Source of the DNA: Parcubacteria group bacterium
GTDB lineage: Bacteria; Patescibacteriota; Minisyncoccia; JACPHC01
DNA: 64,000 nt
Direction of reading: 5' to 3'
Assembly: GCA_016188775.1 (NCBI GenBank)
Contig: JACPHC010000001.1
Coordinates: 45,519-109,518 of the forward strand
The notes below the pieces were generated by a model that saw only the letters and a program-made list of their open reading frames with translations, made no database searches and was not told the origin of the DNA. The translations under genes were made by a program, and so were the position numbers. Positions within the stretch are counted from its first letter, which is position 1; each line of letters begins with the position of its first letter. This document shows positions 18,201 through 26,695 of this stretch, piece after piece.

Positions 18201-19868
18201 AAATACATTGCGCGTAGTCAAAACACCGTCCCTGGCGTTTTCCCATCCTTGTAGGGTTGAGAAATCTCTTGAAGCGGTACCAATGGAATGGACTTTAACT
18301 AATGTCGCGCCCACGTCGTCCGCCCCGATGTCCCACGTACTCGAGCGCGCGTCGTTGTCGATGTCGGTTGAAAACGCCAGATTCGCGTCCGCGCTTAAAT
18401 CCGTCCCGGCGTTCATCGCTGGATTGCCTGTGCCGTCGCGGAATTCAAGATGAAAGTCTTTGTTGGTGGCGTCAACGAAGGGGACTGTTTTATTGCGCAA
18501 AGTTGTGTTAGGAGAGGTTGCGTCTTGAGAGATGTTGTTGGAGGAGGAAGCATGAACTACGCCTTCGAAATAATCAGTAGTATTCCCATTAGCAATATTG
18601 TTTTTTAGAATAGTACTGTTCCACCCATGGCGTATTCCATAATAATTATTGTACACAATATTATTTGAGACATATACTGATCCAAGAAAATCTGCTGGGT
18701 ATATGCCATGGCTAGCAGTGCTCCCCCCGGTACCGATACTGAAATCATAAACTATATTATTCCATATTTTAAGCACCTGATTGTCGGTGTCAGAATATAT
18801 TCCTGCTGCAGGAAAATAATTTATAACGGTACTTGTGTTTTTAATAATATTGTTGGAAATTCTTACATCACTGCCAGCACCTTCCGCTCCGACAGTTGCA
18901 TATATTCCCCGGGGTGTCTGATCTCCTCCAACCGCTATCTGTAAACCGTCTATTCTTACATGCCGTTCTTTAATTGTTGCAACACCTTTAAAAGTGTTTA
19001 CTTCCATTCTATACTTTCCCGTATCCCACTTGCCGTTATGCCGTTCTGAAATCGGCACAAATATTTCAATGTAATGCGTCGCGTCCGTGGTCCAACCGTC
19101 AATCGTGACCTCGGTGGTGTCGGCCGCGCCGTCGTAATAAGGAAGGCCGCGTTCTACGGCGTTGCGGATGACGAGGTCGCCTTGCCTACCCGCTTCCCAC
19201 GCCGAGATGCTCGCGTACCACCGGCCCACGTTGCCCGCGCCAGCTTGTGGTGAGCTTGTCGAACCATTATTCTCCGAGTCAATAACAATAATTTTGTCAA
19301 CGCTGTCAAAGACCGAAAGGATTTTCCATTTGAGGCCTGCCGAGTCCGTGAATCTGTCGTTTTTGAAAATACGAGAGAGATTCACCGCCGAAGAAAAGGC
19401 GACCGTCCACGGCCCTGTGCCGGTTACCGTGGCGGTTGGAGTAACAATATTTGCCAAGGCGCCGATAGTGTATTCATTAACTTTAAATGTGGGAAATATC
19501 TTTTCTACCGCGGTTACAGGATTTAAGTCCGTCGCGGTGCCTGTATTTTGCGCGAGACTCCCTCCCGAAATTTCCGCCACGCTATTTGCCGTATCAATAT
19601 TGGTAGTCGCGGTAAATGTTTCGGAAAACGATTGGTCAACGTCAACCGTAGAAATCTTTACATCTCCCGCGCTTACCGCGGTATCAACGCTTGTTTTTGT
19701 TGTCGCTCCTTGGCCTGTTACCGCGTTTGAATCAAAATCGCCTTGCGTTGTCCAAGTTTTTGTAAAAGTGGCGGCTTGGACCATTGGTGTTTGGTCAATC
19801 AAAATTATCCCGCTGATAATCGCGGCCAGTAAAATAAAAGCGATTACTGGATAAAATTTTTTCGGCAT
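12213..19868 (-). CDS. giant secreted surface protein (2551 aa): signal peptide, two parallel beta-helix regions, ~7 x 40-aa propeller-like repeats with paired Cys, ~9 FN3-like domains
   Basis: N-terminal signal peptide MPKKFYPVIAFILLAAIISG...AA. PbH1-like repeats (NNIIKNTS..., NNIVYDFS..., NNLIHANS...). Seven repeats of LT[SA]KxSSFWGxNNIxALxFDSxNNAIYLGGxxGKFAKY, several with CDGANGNAT or C-x5-C pairs. C-terminal modules of the form xVxWxTDEPxTSxVxYG (FN3-like). Confidence 0.85.
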   Translation of the reverse strand: MPKKFYPVIAFILLAAIISGIILIDQTPMVQAATFTKTWTTQGDFDSNAVTGQGATTKTSVDTAVSAGDVKISTVDVDQSFSETFTATTNIDTANSVAEISGGSLAQNTGTATDLNPVTAVEKIFPTFKVNEYTIGALANIVTPTATVTGTGPWTVAFSSAVNLSRIFKNDRFTDSAGLKWKILSVFDSVDKIIVIDSENNGSTSSPQAGAGNVGRWYASISAWEAGRQGDLVIRNAVERGLPYYDGAADTTEVTIDGWTTDATHYIEIFVPISERHNGKWDTGKYRMEVNTFKGVATIKERHVRIDGLQIAVGGDQTPRGIYATVGAEGAGSDVRISNNIIKNTSTVINYFPAAGIYSDTDNQVLKIWNNIVYDFSIGTGGSTASHGIYPADFLGSVYVSNNIVYNNYYGIRHGWNSTILKNNIANGNTTDYFEGVVHASSSNNISQDATSPNTTLRNKTVPFVDATNKDFHLEFRDGTGNPAMNAGTDLSADANLAFSTDIDNDARSSTWDIGADDVGATLVKVHSIGTASRDFSTLQGWENARDGVLTTRNVFKISGQSAAFTESETITGLTSGATGTYIKERDTPSASESYMTVDVLTGVFAAGETLTGGTSLSTATLSTILTTAGTIEKGEAYKDSTFTAGVTIDVSTTDATHYMWLTAEPGSRHTGVAGSGAKLIFNGLPAVEIKSDNTIVEWMEIEQDNNNWRVAIGTGWPSRNLIIRNNLIHANSATQPNTFALSISNDSRNGLIYNNVVYGYSIGFRYFDGGLTRYFYNNIAYGNGSGFFINPVNNTTANPVLRNNISTGNTTDYNANGGSWSASSSNNISSDATAPGTGSLINQTLTQIAFVSTTAGMEDLHILESSVAKNAGADLSATFKNDADSQDRAATSSLYASSTSWDIGADEWSGFAARYTGPQKALVRASNGDIYIGADNGKFGKYVSGTNTFTDLTSKISSFWGTNNINALTFDSTNNAIYLGGNAGKFAKYTIGTDTATDLTSKGTGAWGGVNIIALTFNSTNNAVYVGGGGASTQLSFSKCTTSSPCDGANGNATNLDSAISSFWGTNNIRALTFDSANNAIYLGGNAGKFAKYCVSTTACGTANTAYDLTAKISSFWLTNINTLAYDSANAMIYLGGDGGKFAKCATASPCDGANGNATDLSSKLAGSSFLNRPVGALTFDLADGTIYIGMKHTTAGFGKCQVINPCDGANGNVVDLTAKTSSFWGANNFNALAYDSANAMIYLGGDGGKFAKFTAVGASQSAQSIVVDTLATNIAYATLTKNDTVGTGSITYQLSNDNGTTFNTATPGTKYNFTTNGTSLKWKITITGNATVQDITIIYNGYNTTGTITNLKLDTASDAQFTRIDWTASTPSGTLVKFRTRGATNAQGSGALASALWSPYYTTSGATITNDAGTANPTFRYFEIEMFLDSGSTTGSATPTINDFTITYVQNGPPDFDPNYPTTSAGGISASQISDSLNVNWGKVNIQYSVRDQDTNSGTFTPGFIAPSFEYSLNNGSLWTPIPSGNLATGDTANKAVLQASYTIYAAIWDAKSHIPGNYSTQAKIRVTANDGEPVNNTVQAISAAFVLDTKNPVATQFKIDSRTDQLTLNFTDDANIQYRISNNSDQSADGLNSSSGVWQNVASSSFTGNPSWTLTGSPSYEIVWLELRDVYSNIIVASANAPLTPTNFNIKDVSNLQTQEFREFVSWGLWPSNAPVNAQFSKYDLYRSTDGINFSLLNTITASATNYYADFSVASNTTYSYKIIFVDTDGDISNYSSTQSDSPNGQGGTDVTAPTISGVAIAESGNTSARITWTTDELSDSAIEYSISPSTSFNLSAGSSSFVTSHELVVSGLTPSTNYLFRVKSKDIASNIGVNDNNGAGYSLITAGGPVVSNVTEINVTDKTATIFWNTNLDSNSFVVYSLNSAFTSPLEIGSAILVGGSGPTYQHKVDLANLSAATTYYYYVKSTDSLGNTTTDKNNNMYYSFRTALDLNPPIISNISTPVISSEAGVIVWTTDEPATSQVQYGGQSGSYTTTTTLDSALSINHVVSLTGLNSETNYYYKVKSKDAAGNETISVENVLKTQKQGQVVIFSSGAAAPPQPPKDTAPPVISEINIESIGAFEAIIKFKTDESSVAFIEYGKTKDYGFIVGIPEWSEGHAGQLRNLITGTEYHYKIKAVDSAGNSSYSDDQIFQTKFFAEALQELTTLENAQQFQDAIESSLESILPSVFPPFIQTPEAIDVTENSATIKWRTNVKTYSVVSYSANEEYNLKNINPYAAEVSDIENKVLDHQIILSNLKSNTEYHFMVKSFSLPQAIGRSPDIVFVTKAAKFQAIISDIKKDSFRVIWTTGEPTTSIVEYKNLKTNAINRKIDEVKRPFHDILIENLNPATTYEVKAFGYNELENLVETKEILKATTSKDVTPPEISSLKIDSALVPGRADRAQTIVSWKTDEPATSIVFYEEGSSKTDKEFANKIEISNSWVLDHTVILTNLRSGKIYRIQISSVDQAGNKSIFPIRTIITPRQTESILDVIFKNFEETFKFLRKIR
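16050..17110. repeat. intragenic tandem DNA repeats (period ~310-330 bp) inside the 2551-aa gene
   Basis: A 60-bp stretch gcaaacttccctccatctccgccaagatatatcatcgcgttggcggagtcgtaggcaag is identical at 16110-16169 and 16437-16496. A second ~65-bp family at 16591 and 16904 is near-identical. These encode the IYLGG..GKFAKY repeats. Confidence 0.8.
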
Positions 19869-19929
19869 TTTTATTATTTTAACACATTTTTTTTAAAATC
19901 AATTGTGTATAACTTATTGTCTTTTAAAA

Positions 19930-20679
19930 TCACAAATAATTAATAATTTTGTCGTATTGAATGAATCTTAAAAGATAATAAGTCCAAGCAACGAACCAAG
20001 CCATATTGTCGGTTAAAAGCAAAACGCCTAAAAAGATAAGAAAAAATCCGCCGATAGTCGAAAAAATATTAAGATATTTTGATATTTTGGGGATGAATTT
20101 AAAACTGGAGCTGACCAAAAGCGATAATAAAATAAAAGGAACGGCTAGGCCGGCGGAAAAAATTGCCAGAAGCAGAGCGCCTTTTAGAGCCGTGGCGGAG
20201 GTGGTGGCTAAAACCAAGATCGCGCCTAAAATCGGGCCGACGCAAGGCGTCCAGCCGGAACTGAAAGCCGCGCCGAAAATGAAAGAAGTTAAAAAAGAAT
20301 TTTTAGAAAATATTTTGGGCTGAAAAATTACTCCCTTTTTTAAAAAAGGGATTTTAAAAATATTTAAAAGCGAAAGGCCGAATAAAATCACAAAAATCCC
20401 GCCGATTCGACCGATCCACGGCCGATAGAAAATAAAAAATCGGCCCAAAACGCCGAATAAACTTCCTAAAGAAATAAAAACCAGACTGAATCCCAAAATA
20501 AAAAATACGCCGTTTAAAAAAATCCGCCGCCGCGATTTTTTAATTTGTTCAAGATCTTTTTCCGCCAGCGATACTCCGCTGATAAAAGCCAAATATCCCG
20601 GCGCTAAAGGCAAAGTGCAAGGCGCTAAAAAAGTTAAGAGTCCGGCAAAAAACGCCGAGATAATTAAAGATAAGTCCAT
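19930..20679 (-). CDS. ccdA: cytochrome c-type biogenesis / thiol-disulfide transporter CcdA (DsbD-family transmembrane domain)
   Basis: 249 aa, polytopic. Conserved Cys in TM segments FLAPCTLPLAPGYLAF and WTPCVGPILGAIL, which are diagnostic of the CcdA/DsbD core. Confidence 0.8.
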   Translation of the reverse strand: MDLSLIISAFFAGLLTFLAPCTLPLAPGYLAFISGVSLAEKDLEQIKKSRRRIFLNGVFFILGFSLVFISLGSLFGVLGRFFIFYRPWIGRIGGIFVILFGLSLLNIFKIPFLKKGVIFQPKIFSKNSFLTSFIFGAAFSSGWTPCVGPILGAILVLATTSATALKGALLLAIFSAGLAVPFILLSLLVSSSFKFIPKISKYLNIFSTIGGFFLIFLGVLLLTDNMAWFVAWTYYLLRFIQYDKIINYL

Positions 20680-20798
20680 AATGATTAATATTTTATCTCA
20701 ATTCAGTTCCGTAAGTAAAGCGATATGGAAATATATAGGAATGAAAATTATTATTGAAAAATGGGGGTAACTTTTGATAAAATAAACCAAATAAAGCT

Positions 20799-21353
20799 AT
20801 GAAAGACAGTAACGGTAATTTAATAAAGGACTTGGCGATTATCGCGTTTAGCGTCCTTATTGCGATTTTAATGGTCAAGACGGGCGCGCTTAAAACCTTG
20901 CTTGTTTCTTCTCAAGAAGTGAAACTGATTGGAAGTTTCGTTGCCGGAATATTTTTTGTTTCCATCTTTAGTGCCGCTCCAGCCACCGTAGCGCTTGCGG
21001 AAATAGCCCAATCTAATTCAATATTCTGGTCGGCATTTTTCGGCGGTATGGGCGCGTTAGTTGGAGATTTAATCATTTTCCGTTTTATAAAAAACAGGTT
21101 GACTGACGATTTTTTACAGCTCATTAGGAAAACAAAATCTGAAAGATTAGCATCGCTTTTTAGATTACGGCTTTTCAAATGGTTAATTCCTTTTGTTGGC
21201 GCGCTTGTTGTTGCCTCTCCTCTCCCCGACGAACTTGGTCTTATGATGATGGGGCTTTCAAAAATGAAAACCTCTTTATTTATGCCAATTTCCTTCTTTC
21301 TCAACTTTTTGGGAATTTTGACGATAGGACTTATTGCTAAAAATGTTTTTTGA
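20799..21353 (+). CDS. hypothetical polytopic membrane protein
   Basis: 184 aa with 4-5 hydrophobic helices. No motif recognised. Confidence 0.5.
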   Translation: MKDSNGNLIKDLAIIAFSVLIAILMVKTGALKTLLVSSQEVKLIGSFVAGIFFVSIFSAAPATVALAEIAQSNSIFWSAFFGGMGALVGDLIIFRFIKNRLTDDFLQLIRKTKSERLASLFRLRLFKWLIPFVGALVVASPLPDELGLMMMGLSKMKTSLFMPISFFLNFLGILTIGLIAKNVF

Positions 21354-21390
21354 GAAATATTGAACCTGCTTGCAAAAGAAAAGTCGTTAG

Positions 21391-21416
21391 GCTCGCCTAA
21401 CGACTTACATGTTTTT
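21391..21416 (+). terminator. rho-independent terminator after the 20799-21353 gene
   Basis: 11-bp stem AAGTCGTTAGG-CTCG-CCTAACGACTT followed by ACATGTTTTTA. Confidence 0.55.
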
Positions 21417-21514
21417 ACCAACTTACAACGATATCTTGAATAAAATGTTTTATACGTTTATCTAATTCTTTTTGATATTCTTCCCATCCGTCAATATCGT
21501 GATTCGCTGGCGTT

Positions 21515-21976
21515 TTAAGTCCTAATATGTCGCAAGATGTTTTTTGTTGATCTCGGCTTTAAATTTTTTCTGTCGGAGGTCATGAAGAATGGCTTGAAAC
21601 GCAATCTCCGATAATGTATGAATTCCGACTCGAATAGCTGGAAACGGGGTTCGTCGATCTTGCGAAGATTCGAGAGAATGCCACGCCGAGAGTTCATGAA
21701 GACCGCGACAGTTGCTCCGCGGCCGCCGTAGAACTTTTTATTGTCGTGCCATTTCTCGTCGCACTCGATTGAGATACCCCGATCGTTCTCGCGGATCGTC
21801 TCGACGACCGTACCCTTCCGCCAGATGTTGTTCGTCGTTCTAACCTCGACGCGGGCGCCAAGAGGAAAGTCCTCCCAGCCCTTTTCGAGATCGTCCATGC
21901 CCGGATCGTTCCAATGAAGCCTACCGCCCGTCGCTTCCGCGAGGCGGTCGATTCTAGAATTTTTTGTCGTCATCAT
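21515..21976 (-). CDS. hypothetical protein in a GC-anomalous (~50% GC) segment adjacent to tRNA-Lys
   Basis: 153-aa hydrophilic ORF with no recognisable motif. Local GC is clearly higher than the flanks (~30-35%). It lies on the 3' side of a tRNA gene. Confidence 0.45.
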   Translation of the reverse strand: MMTTKNSRIDRLAEATGGRLHWNDPGMDDLEKGWEDFPLGARVEVRTTNNIWRKGTVVETIRENDRGISIECDEKWHDNKKFYGGRGATVAVFMNSRRGILSNLRKIDEPRFQLFESEFIHYRRLRFKPFFMTSDRKNLKPRSTKNILRHIRT

Positions 21977-22169
21977 TCGGTATTCCCCCTTTTAAGGAAC
22001 TGTATAATTCCATCTAAGCACTATGCCTAGATTTCAATTCAAGAATAGCATATTGTTTTGCCCCGCTACGCTAAAGCTTTGCGGGGCCACTTCGCTTTAT
22101 TTTATCAAAATATTGCAAACCATTGATTTTTTGTGCTTGCACCGCGTAGCTCCATAAGGAGCGAAGAAG

Positions 22170-22242
22170 TGCGCCCAGCAGGAATCGAACCTGCAACCTC
22201 TTCCTTAAAAGGGAATTGCTCTGCCAATTGAGCTATGGGCGC
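22170..22242 (-). tRNA. tRNA-Lys (anticodon UUU)
   Basis: The reverse complement folds as a cloverleaf: acceptor GCGCCCA/TGGGCGC, D-arm GCTC-AATTGGCA-GAGC, anticodon stem ATTCC/GGAAG with loop CTTTTAA (U33, TTT, A37), T-arm GCAGG-TTCGATT-CCTGC, discriminator A. CCA is not encoded. Confidence 0.85.
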
Positions 22243-22276
22243 GCGCAATCCCCGATTATTCGGGGATTTATTCTCG

Positions 22277-22885
22277 TCATTTTAAAATTGATTTTATCTC
22301 TTCAACGCACTCATTATGCTTTTTCATGTCATAAAGCGCGGCGTTCATTTTCAGCCATTTAGCTGTTTCAATATTAATTTTACGATCGTCAATAAACAAA
22401 CATTCTTTCGGCAAAGCTTTTAATTTTAGCATTACTTCAAAAAAAATCGCCGGATCCGGTTTTTTAGAGTTCATTTCATAAGATAAGAAAAAATTATTAA
22501 AGAGTTTGAGTGGTTCGTGGCAAATTTTTTTAATTTCCGGCCAGTGAAGTTCGTCGGTATCGGATAAAATAGAAAACGTATATTCATGAGGCAATTTTTT
22601 CAAGAACTGAAAAAAGGGCTTATTAACGTCAATAATAGTTGAATTCCAAATTTCAACAAATTCTTCGAATCGAAAAAAACATTTCAGATGGCTTGAAAAT
22701 TGATAGTAAAATTCTGTTTTATTAATTTTCCCCTCGGCGAATAAATCATATAACGAACTGTTAATCATTTTTTCGCAAATTTCTTCTTTTGAAAATTTCG
22801 AATGCTTGCTCATTCGATCCATCGCTCCGTCAAAATCCGCTTTCAAAATCACTCCTCCGACATCGCAAATAATATGTTTAATCAA
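22277..22885 (-). CDS. HAD-superfamily hydrolase (subfamily IA-like)
   Basis: Motif I variant ICDVGGVILK at the N-terminus. Motif IV LFIDDRKIN near the C-terminus. Confidence 0.6.
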   Translation of the reverse strand: MIKHIICDVGGVILKADFDGAMDRMSKHSKFSKEEICEKMINSSLYDLFAEGKINKTEFYYQFSSHLKCFFRFEEFVEIWNSTIIDVNKPFFQFLKKLPHEYTFSILSDTDELHWPEIKKICHEPLKLFNNFFLSYEMNSKKPDPAIFFEVMLKLKALPKECLFIDDRKINIETAKWLKMNAALYDMKKHNECVEEIKSILK

Positions 22886-22935
22886 TTCCTCCTCCTATTT
22901 TAAATTTTAAAAGAACGTTTATATAAAATAACACA

Positions 22936-23556
22936 CTATAACTCTTTTTTCAACTCTTCCAAAAGCTCTTTGGCTTTTTTGGAAAGATGTTTCGGAGTTT
23001 TTACTTTGATGACTAAATATAAATTCCCTTTTCCCGGCCGGCGTTTGTAAGCGTAGCCTTGCCCGGGCACTTGAATGGTTTGACCGGATTCAACGCCGGC
23101 CGGCACTTCAATCGTCAGATTGCCGTTTGGCGTTTTAATGTTGAAATTTCCCCCCAGGGCCGCTTCAATAAAATTAATTTGAAGCTCCATGGTAATGTCT
23201 TTTTGCCCGAAACTGGTTTCAAAAATTTCTTCAAAAACATCATTAAGATTAATTCCGCCGTTTGAAGAAAATCCCCGAAAACCAAACCCGCCGAAATCAA
23301 AACCGAATCCCTGCCCGTTTCGGCCGCCTGAAGGATCAAAGCCGGCTCCGTCAAAAGTCCGGCCGAATTGATCGTATTGGGCCCGTTTATTTTTATCAGA
23401 GAGTATTTGATAAGCCTCGTTGATTTCTTTAAATTTCGCTTCGGTCCCGCCCCGATCCGGATGATGCTCGTGGGCTAACTTTCGATAGGCTTTTTTAATA
23501 TCTTCTTCCGCGGCGTTTTTCGGCACTCCTAAAATTGAATAATAATCTTTTGCCAT
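22936..23556 (-). CDS. J-domain co-chaperone (DnaJ-like, no zinc-finger domain)
   Basis: 206 aa. J-domain DYYSILGV...[14 protein letters not shown] with HPD. Gly/Phe-rich linker. Short C-terminal beta domain. The CxxCxGxG repeats of canonical DnaJ are absent. Confidence 0.8.
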   Translation of the reverse strand: MAKDYYSILGVPKNAAEEDIKKAYRKLAHEHHPDRGGTEAKFKEINEAYQILSDKNKRAQYDQFGRTFDGAGFDPSGGRNGQGFGFDFGGFGFRGFSSNGGINLNDVFEEIFETSFGQKDITMELQINFIEAALGGNFNIKTPNGNLTIEVPAGVESGQTIQVPGQGYAYKRRPGKGNLYLVIKVKTPKHLSKKAKELLEELKKEL

Positions 23557-23654
23557 AATTGTCGAAATTTATGAGGAAATAAATTTCGCTATAATTATGA
23601 GCATCCGCCGAAGGCGGACGCCCACTGCTGAAATTTACTCCGTTTAATTAAAAT

Positions 23655-25469
23655 TTACGCGGATTCTTTTTTGTTATAAAGAGAGGCGCCGATTTTTTGA
23701 ACCGCAAGTGATAATTCTTGAGTCGCTTTTTTAATTTCTTCAATATCGGTTCCGTCTTTGGCTTTTTTGGCAACGTTTAATTTTTCCTCAATTTCTTTTT
23801 TGTCTTCTTCTTTAATTTTATCTTTATTCTCGCTCAATGTTTTTTCAACCGTGTAAATTAAGGCGTCGGCCGCGTTTTTTATCTCCGAAAACTCTTTTTT
23901 CTTTTTATCTTCTTCGGCGTGAATCTCCGCGTCCTTTTTCATTTTTTCAATATCTTCTTTGGAAAGGCCGGATGAAGCCTCAATGCGAATTGATTGTTTT
24001 TTGTTCGTGGCTTTATCCAAAGCGCCGACATTTAAAATGCCGTTGGCGTCAATGTCAAACGAAACTTCGATTTGCGGAAGGCCTCGAGGCGAAGGCGGAA
24101 CGCCGTCAAGAATAAACCGGCCGAGCGTTTTATTATCATGCGCCATTTCCCGCTCGCCCTGCAAAACGTGAATTTCAACCGATGTTTGATTGTCGGCCGC
24201 GGTGGAAAAAATTTGATTTTTGGCGGTCGGAATAGTCGTGTTTTTTTCTATCAATCTGGTCATAACTCCGCCTAAAGTTTCAATGCCCAATGAAAGCGGA
24301 GTGACGTCCAAAAGCAAAACATCCCGAACGTCTCCTTGCATAATGCCGGCTTGAGCCGCGGCCCCCAAAGCCACCACCTCGTCCGGATTAATGTCTTTAT
24401 GCGGTTCTTTGCCGATTAATTTTTTCACTTCTTCCTGAATTAAAGGCATTCGGGTTTGTCCGCCGACCAAAACGACTTCATTGATTTCCGATATTTTAAA
24501 TTTCGCCTCCTCAATCGTTTTTTTCAAAAGTTCGATTGACCGCGTGATAAAATCTCGCGTTAAATCTTCCAGTTTAGCCCGAGTCATTTTTAAAGTAAAA
24601 TGCCGCGGGCCGTCAGCCGCTTGAGTGATAAAAGGAATGTTGATTTCCGTCTCCAGAAGAGCTGAAAGCTCGTGCTTGGCTTTCTCCGCGGCCTCTTTAA
24701 GCCTCTGCATGGCCAAATTATCTTTGGCCAAATTAATGCCCTGATCTTTTTTAAATTCATCGGCCAGATATTCAATAATTCTTTGATCCAAATCATCGCC
24801 GCCAAGATGAGTGTCGCCGCCGGTGGCTTTGACTTCAATCGTGTCGTCGCCGATTTCCAGAACCGAGACGTCAAAAGTGCCGCCGCCAAAATCGTAAACC
24901 ACGATTTTTTCCGTTTTTTTCTTATTCAGGCCGTAAGCCAAAGCCGCGGCCGTCGGCTCGTTGATGATTCTTTTGATTTTAAAACCGGCGATCTCTCCAG
25001 CGTCTTTGGTGGCTTGCCTTTGAGCGTCGTCAAAATAGGCCGGCACCGTAATAATGGCTTCGGTGATTTTTTCCCCCAGACGGTCTTCGGCGTCGATTTT
25101 TAATTTTTGCAAAATCATGGCGGAAATTTCCTGCGGCGAATACCATTTATCCATTATTTTTATTTCCACTCCTCCGTTTTTGCCTTCGCGGATTTCATAA
25201 GGCAGCCATTTTTTGTCCCTCTGGACTTCCGGATCTAAAAACTTACGGCCAATCAATCTTTTCGCGGAAAAAACGGTATTTTGATGATTGGTAACCGCCT
25301 GACGCTTGGCGGTTTGCCCCACCAATCGCTCGTTATTTTTGGAAACGGCCACGATGGAAGGCGTTGTCCGATTGCCTTCTTTATTTTCAATAATTCTCGG
25401 CTGACCCGCTTCCACCACGGCCATGGCCGAATTGGTCGTGCCTAAATCAATGCCTAATATTTTACTCAT
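23655..25469 (-). CDS. dnaK: molecular chaperone DnaK (Hsp70)
   Basis: 604 aa. N-terminus [20 protein letters not shown]. Hsp70 signatures DLGGGTFD and [11 protein letters not shown]. Confidence 0.97.
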   Translation of the reverse strand: MSKILGIDLGTTNSAMAVVEAGQPRIIENKEGNRTTPSIVAVSKNNERLVGQTAKRQAVTNHQNTVFSAKRLIGRKFLDPEVQRDKKWLPYEIREGKNGGVEIKIMDKWYSPQEISAMILQKLKIDAEDRLGEKITEAIITVPAYFDDAQRQATKDAGEIAGFKIKRIINEPTAAALAYGLNKKKTEKIVVYDFGGGTFDVSVLEIGDDTIEVKATGGDTHLGGDDLDQRIIEYLADEFKKDQGINLAKDNLAMQRLKEAAEKAKHELSALLETEINIPFITQAADGPRHFTLKMTRAKLEDLTRDFITRSIELLKKTIEEAKFKISEINEVVLVGGQTRMPLIQEEVKKLIGKEPHKDINPDEVVALGAAAQAGIMQGDVRDVLLLDVTPLSLGIETLGGVMTRLIEKNTTIPTAKNQIFSTAADNQTSVEIHVLQGEREMAHDNKTLGRFILDGVPPSPRGLPQIEVSFDIDANGILNVGALDKATNKKQSIRIEASSGLSKEDIEKMKKDAEIHAEEDKKKKEFSEIKNAADALIYTVEKTLSENKDKIKEEDKKEIEEKLNVAKKAKDGTDIEEIKKATQELSLAVQKIGASLYNKKESA

Positions 25470-25503
25470 ATATATAAAATTATTTAATTTTTAATTTTTT
25501 TAA

Positions 25504-25959
25504 TTATTTGGCGATTTTAACTCTGGCCGGCCGGATTAAATATTTATCAATTTTCCAGCCGCCCTGCATTTCTTCAATAATAGTTCCCGATTCTTTGTCC
25601 GATTCAATCGTTTCCAAGGCTTCGTGGATTTCCGGATCAAATTTTTCTCCGATGGTTTTAATTTTTCGCGCTCCCCAATCTTTTAAAAAATTTTCCAGTT
25701 GATTTAAAACTTCTTCGTTGCCGGTTATTTTTTTCGCCTCATTAAGACTGTCGTAAATCGGCAAAAGATTTTTCAAAAAATTAATTTTTATCCTTAGCCT
25801 TTCTTCTTCTATTTTTTTGATTTCATCTTTTTTATAATTGGAGTAATCAGCCCGTTCTCTTTGCCAGCCCTTTAAATATTCATCTCTTTTTTCTTCGCAT
25901 TCTTTAATGATTTTTTCAAAACCATCTTCTTCTTTTTTTTCTTTTGTTTCGTTTTTCAT
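25504..25959 (-). CDS. grpE: nucleotide exchange factor GrpE
   Basis: 151 aa. Coiled-coil N-terminus with RERADYSNYKK. C-terminal GWKIDKYLIRPARVKIAK resembles the GrpE beta-domain. It sits in the hrcA-grpE-dnaK-dnaJ context. Confidence 0.8.
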   Translation of the reverse strand: MKNETKEKKEEDGFEKIIKECEEKRDEYLKGWQRERADYSNYKKDEIKKIEEERLRIKINFLKNLLPIYDSLNEAKKITGNEEVLNQLENFLKDWGARKIKTIGEKFDPEIHEALETIESDKESGTIIEEMQGGWKIDKYLIRPARVKIAK

Positions 25960-25983
25960 TGATAAAATTTAAAAAATTTTTTG

Positions 25984-26679
25984 CTAAATAATTTCAAATT
26001 TTTCTTTAATAAAATTCAACAGGGCCTTGTTTCGGCCGTAATTCATCCGGGTCGGACCAAAAAGAGCGAAAATTCCGCGCCGAGTCCGAAATTCAAAGGG
26101 CTCCAGCATCAGACTAAATTCGTCTTTATCTCCCAAAAAAACATCCGTTCCGATTAAAATTTTTGTTTCCAGCGGCATTTGCTTGAGGGTGTCTGAAAAT
26201 TGGTCAATAATTTCGGCCGCGGCCAAAATATTTTCTTCTTTATTCAATTCGGGCTGGGCGAATAATTCTTCCAGTCCGGCAAAAAGAAATTCATCCGTGT
26301 CATTGATAAAAGAAGCGCTGAAATCTTTTGTTATTCTGGCCAGTCTTTTTGTCAGTTCGCCAAAAAATTTTTTTTCCGTGTCTATAAAATCAAACGCCTC
26401 ATCAATAAATCTTTGTTCCGCCGTTTCAATGTCTTCGTCCGTCATTAAATTGTTAATAAAATAACGCCAGGCTTTCGTGGTCGGAATCCGGCCGGCTGAA
26501 GTGAAAGGCTGAAAAAGAAAATTTTCTTTTTCCAAATAATTCATTTCCTGCCGAACCGTGGCCGGCGAAATTTTTAAATTTTTCTTTTTAGAAATTAAAA
26601 CGGAACCAATCGGCTCGGCTGTTTGCGTGTACTCTTCAATAATAGCGTCCAGAATGCTTATTTGCCGTTTCGTCAGCAT
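25984..26679 (-). CDS. hrcA: heat-inducible transcription repressor HrcA
   Basis: N-terminal wHTH MLTKRQISILDAIIEEYTQTAEPIGS...ISPATVRQEMNYLE matches HrcA. A CIRCE operator lies immediately upstream. Confidence 0.85.
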   Translation of the reverse strand: MLTKRQISILDAIIEEYTQTAEPIGSVLISKKKNLKISPATVRQEMNYLEKENFLFQPFTSAGRIPTTKAWRYFINNLMTDEDIETAEQRFIDEAFDFIDTEKKFFGELTKRLARITKDFSASFINDTDEFLFAGLEELFAQPELNKEENILAAAEIIDQFSDTLKQMPLETKILIGTDVFLGDKDEFSLMLEPFEFRTRRGIFALFGPTRMNYGRNKALLNFIKEKFEII

Positions 26680-26695
26680 AAAGCCATTATAAACA

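Noticed and set aside
21355-21380. Possible att-site duplicate of the tRNA-Lys 3' end (TTGAACCTGC vs TCGAACCTGC)
   Set aside because: It is only a 10-mer with one mismatch. Roughly one such match is expected by chance over this search space, and there is no integrase.
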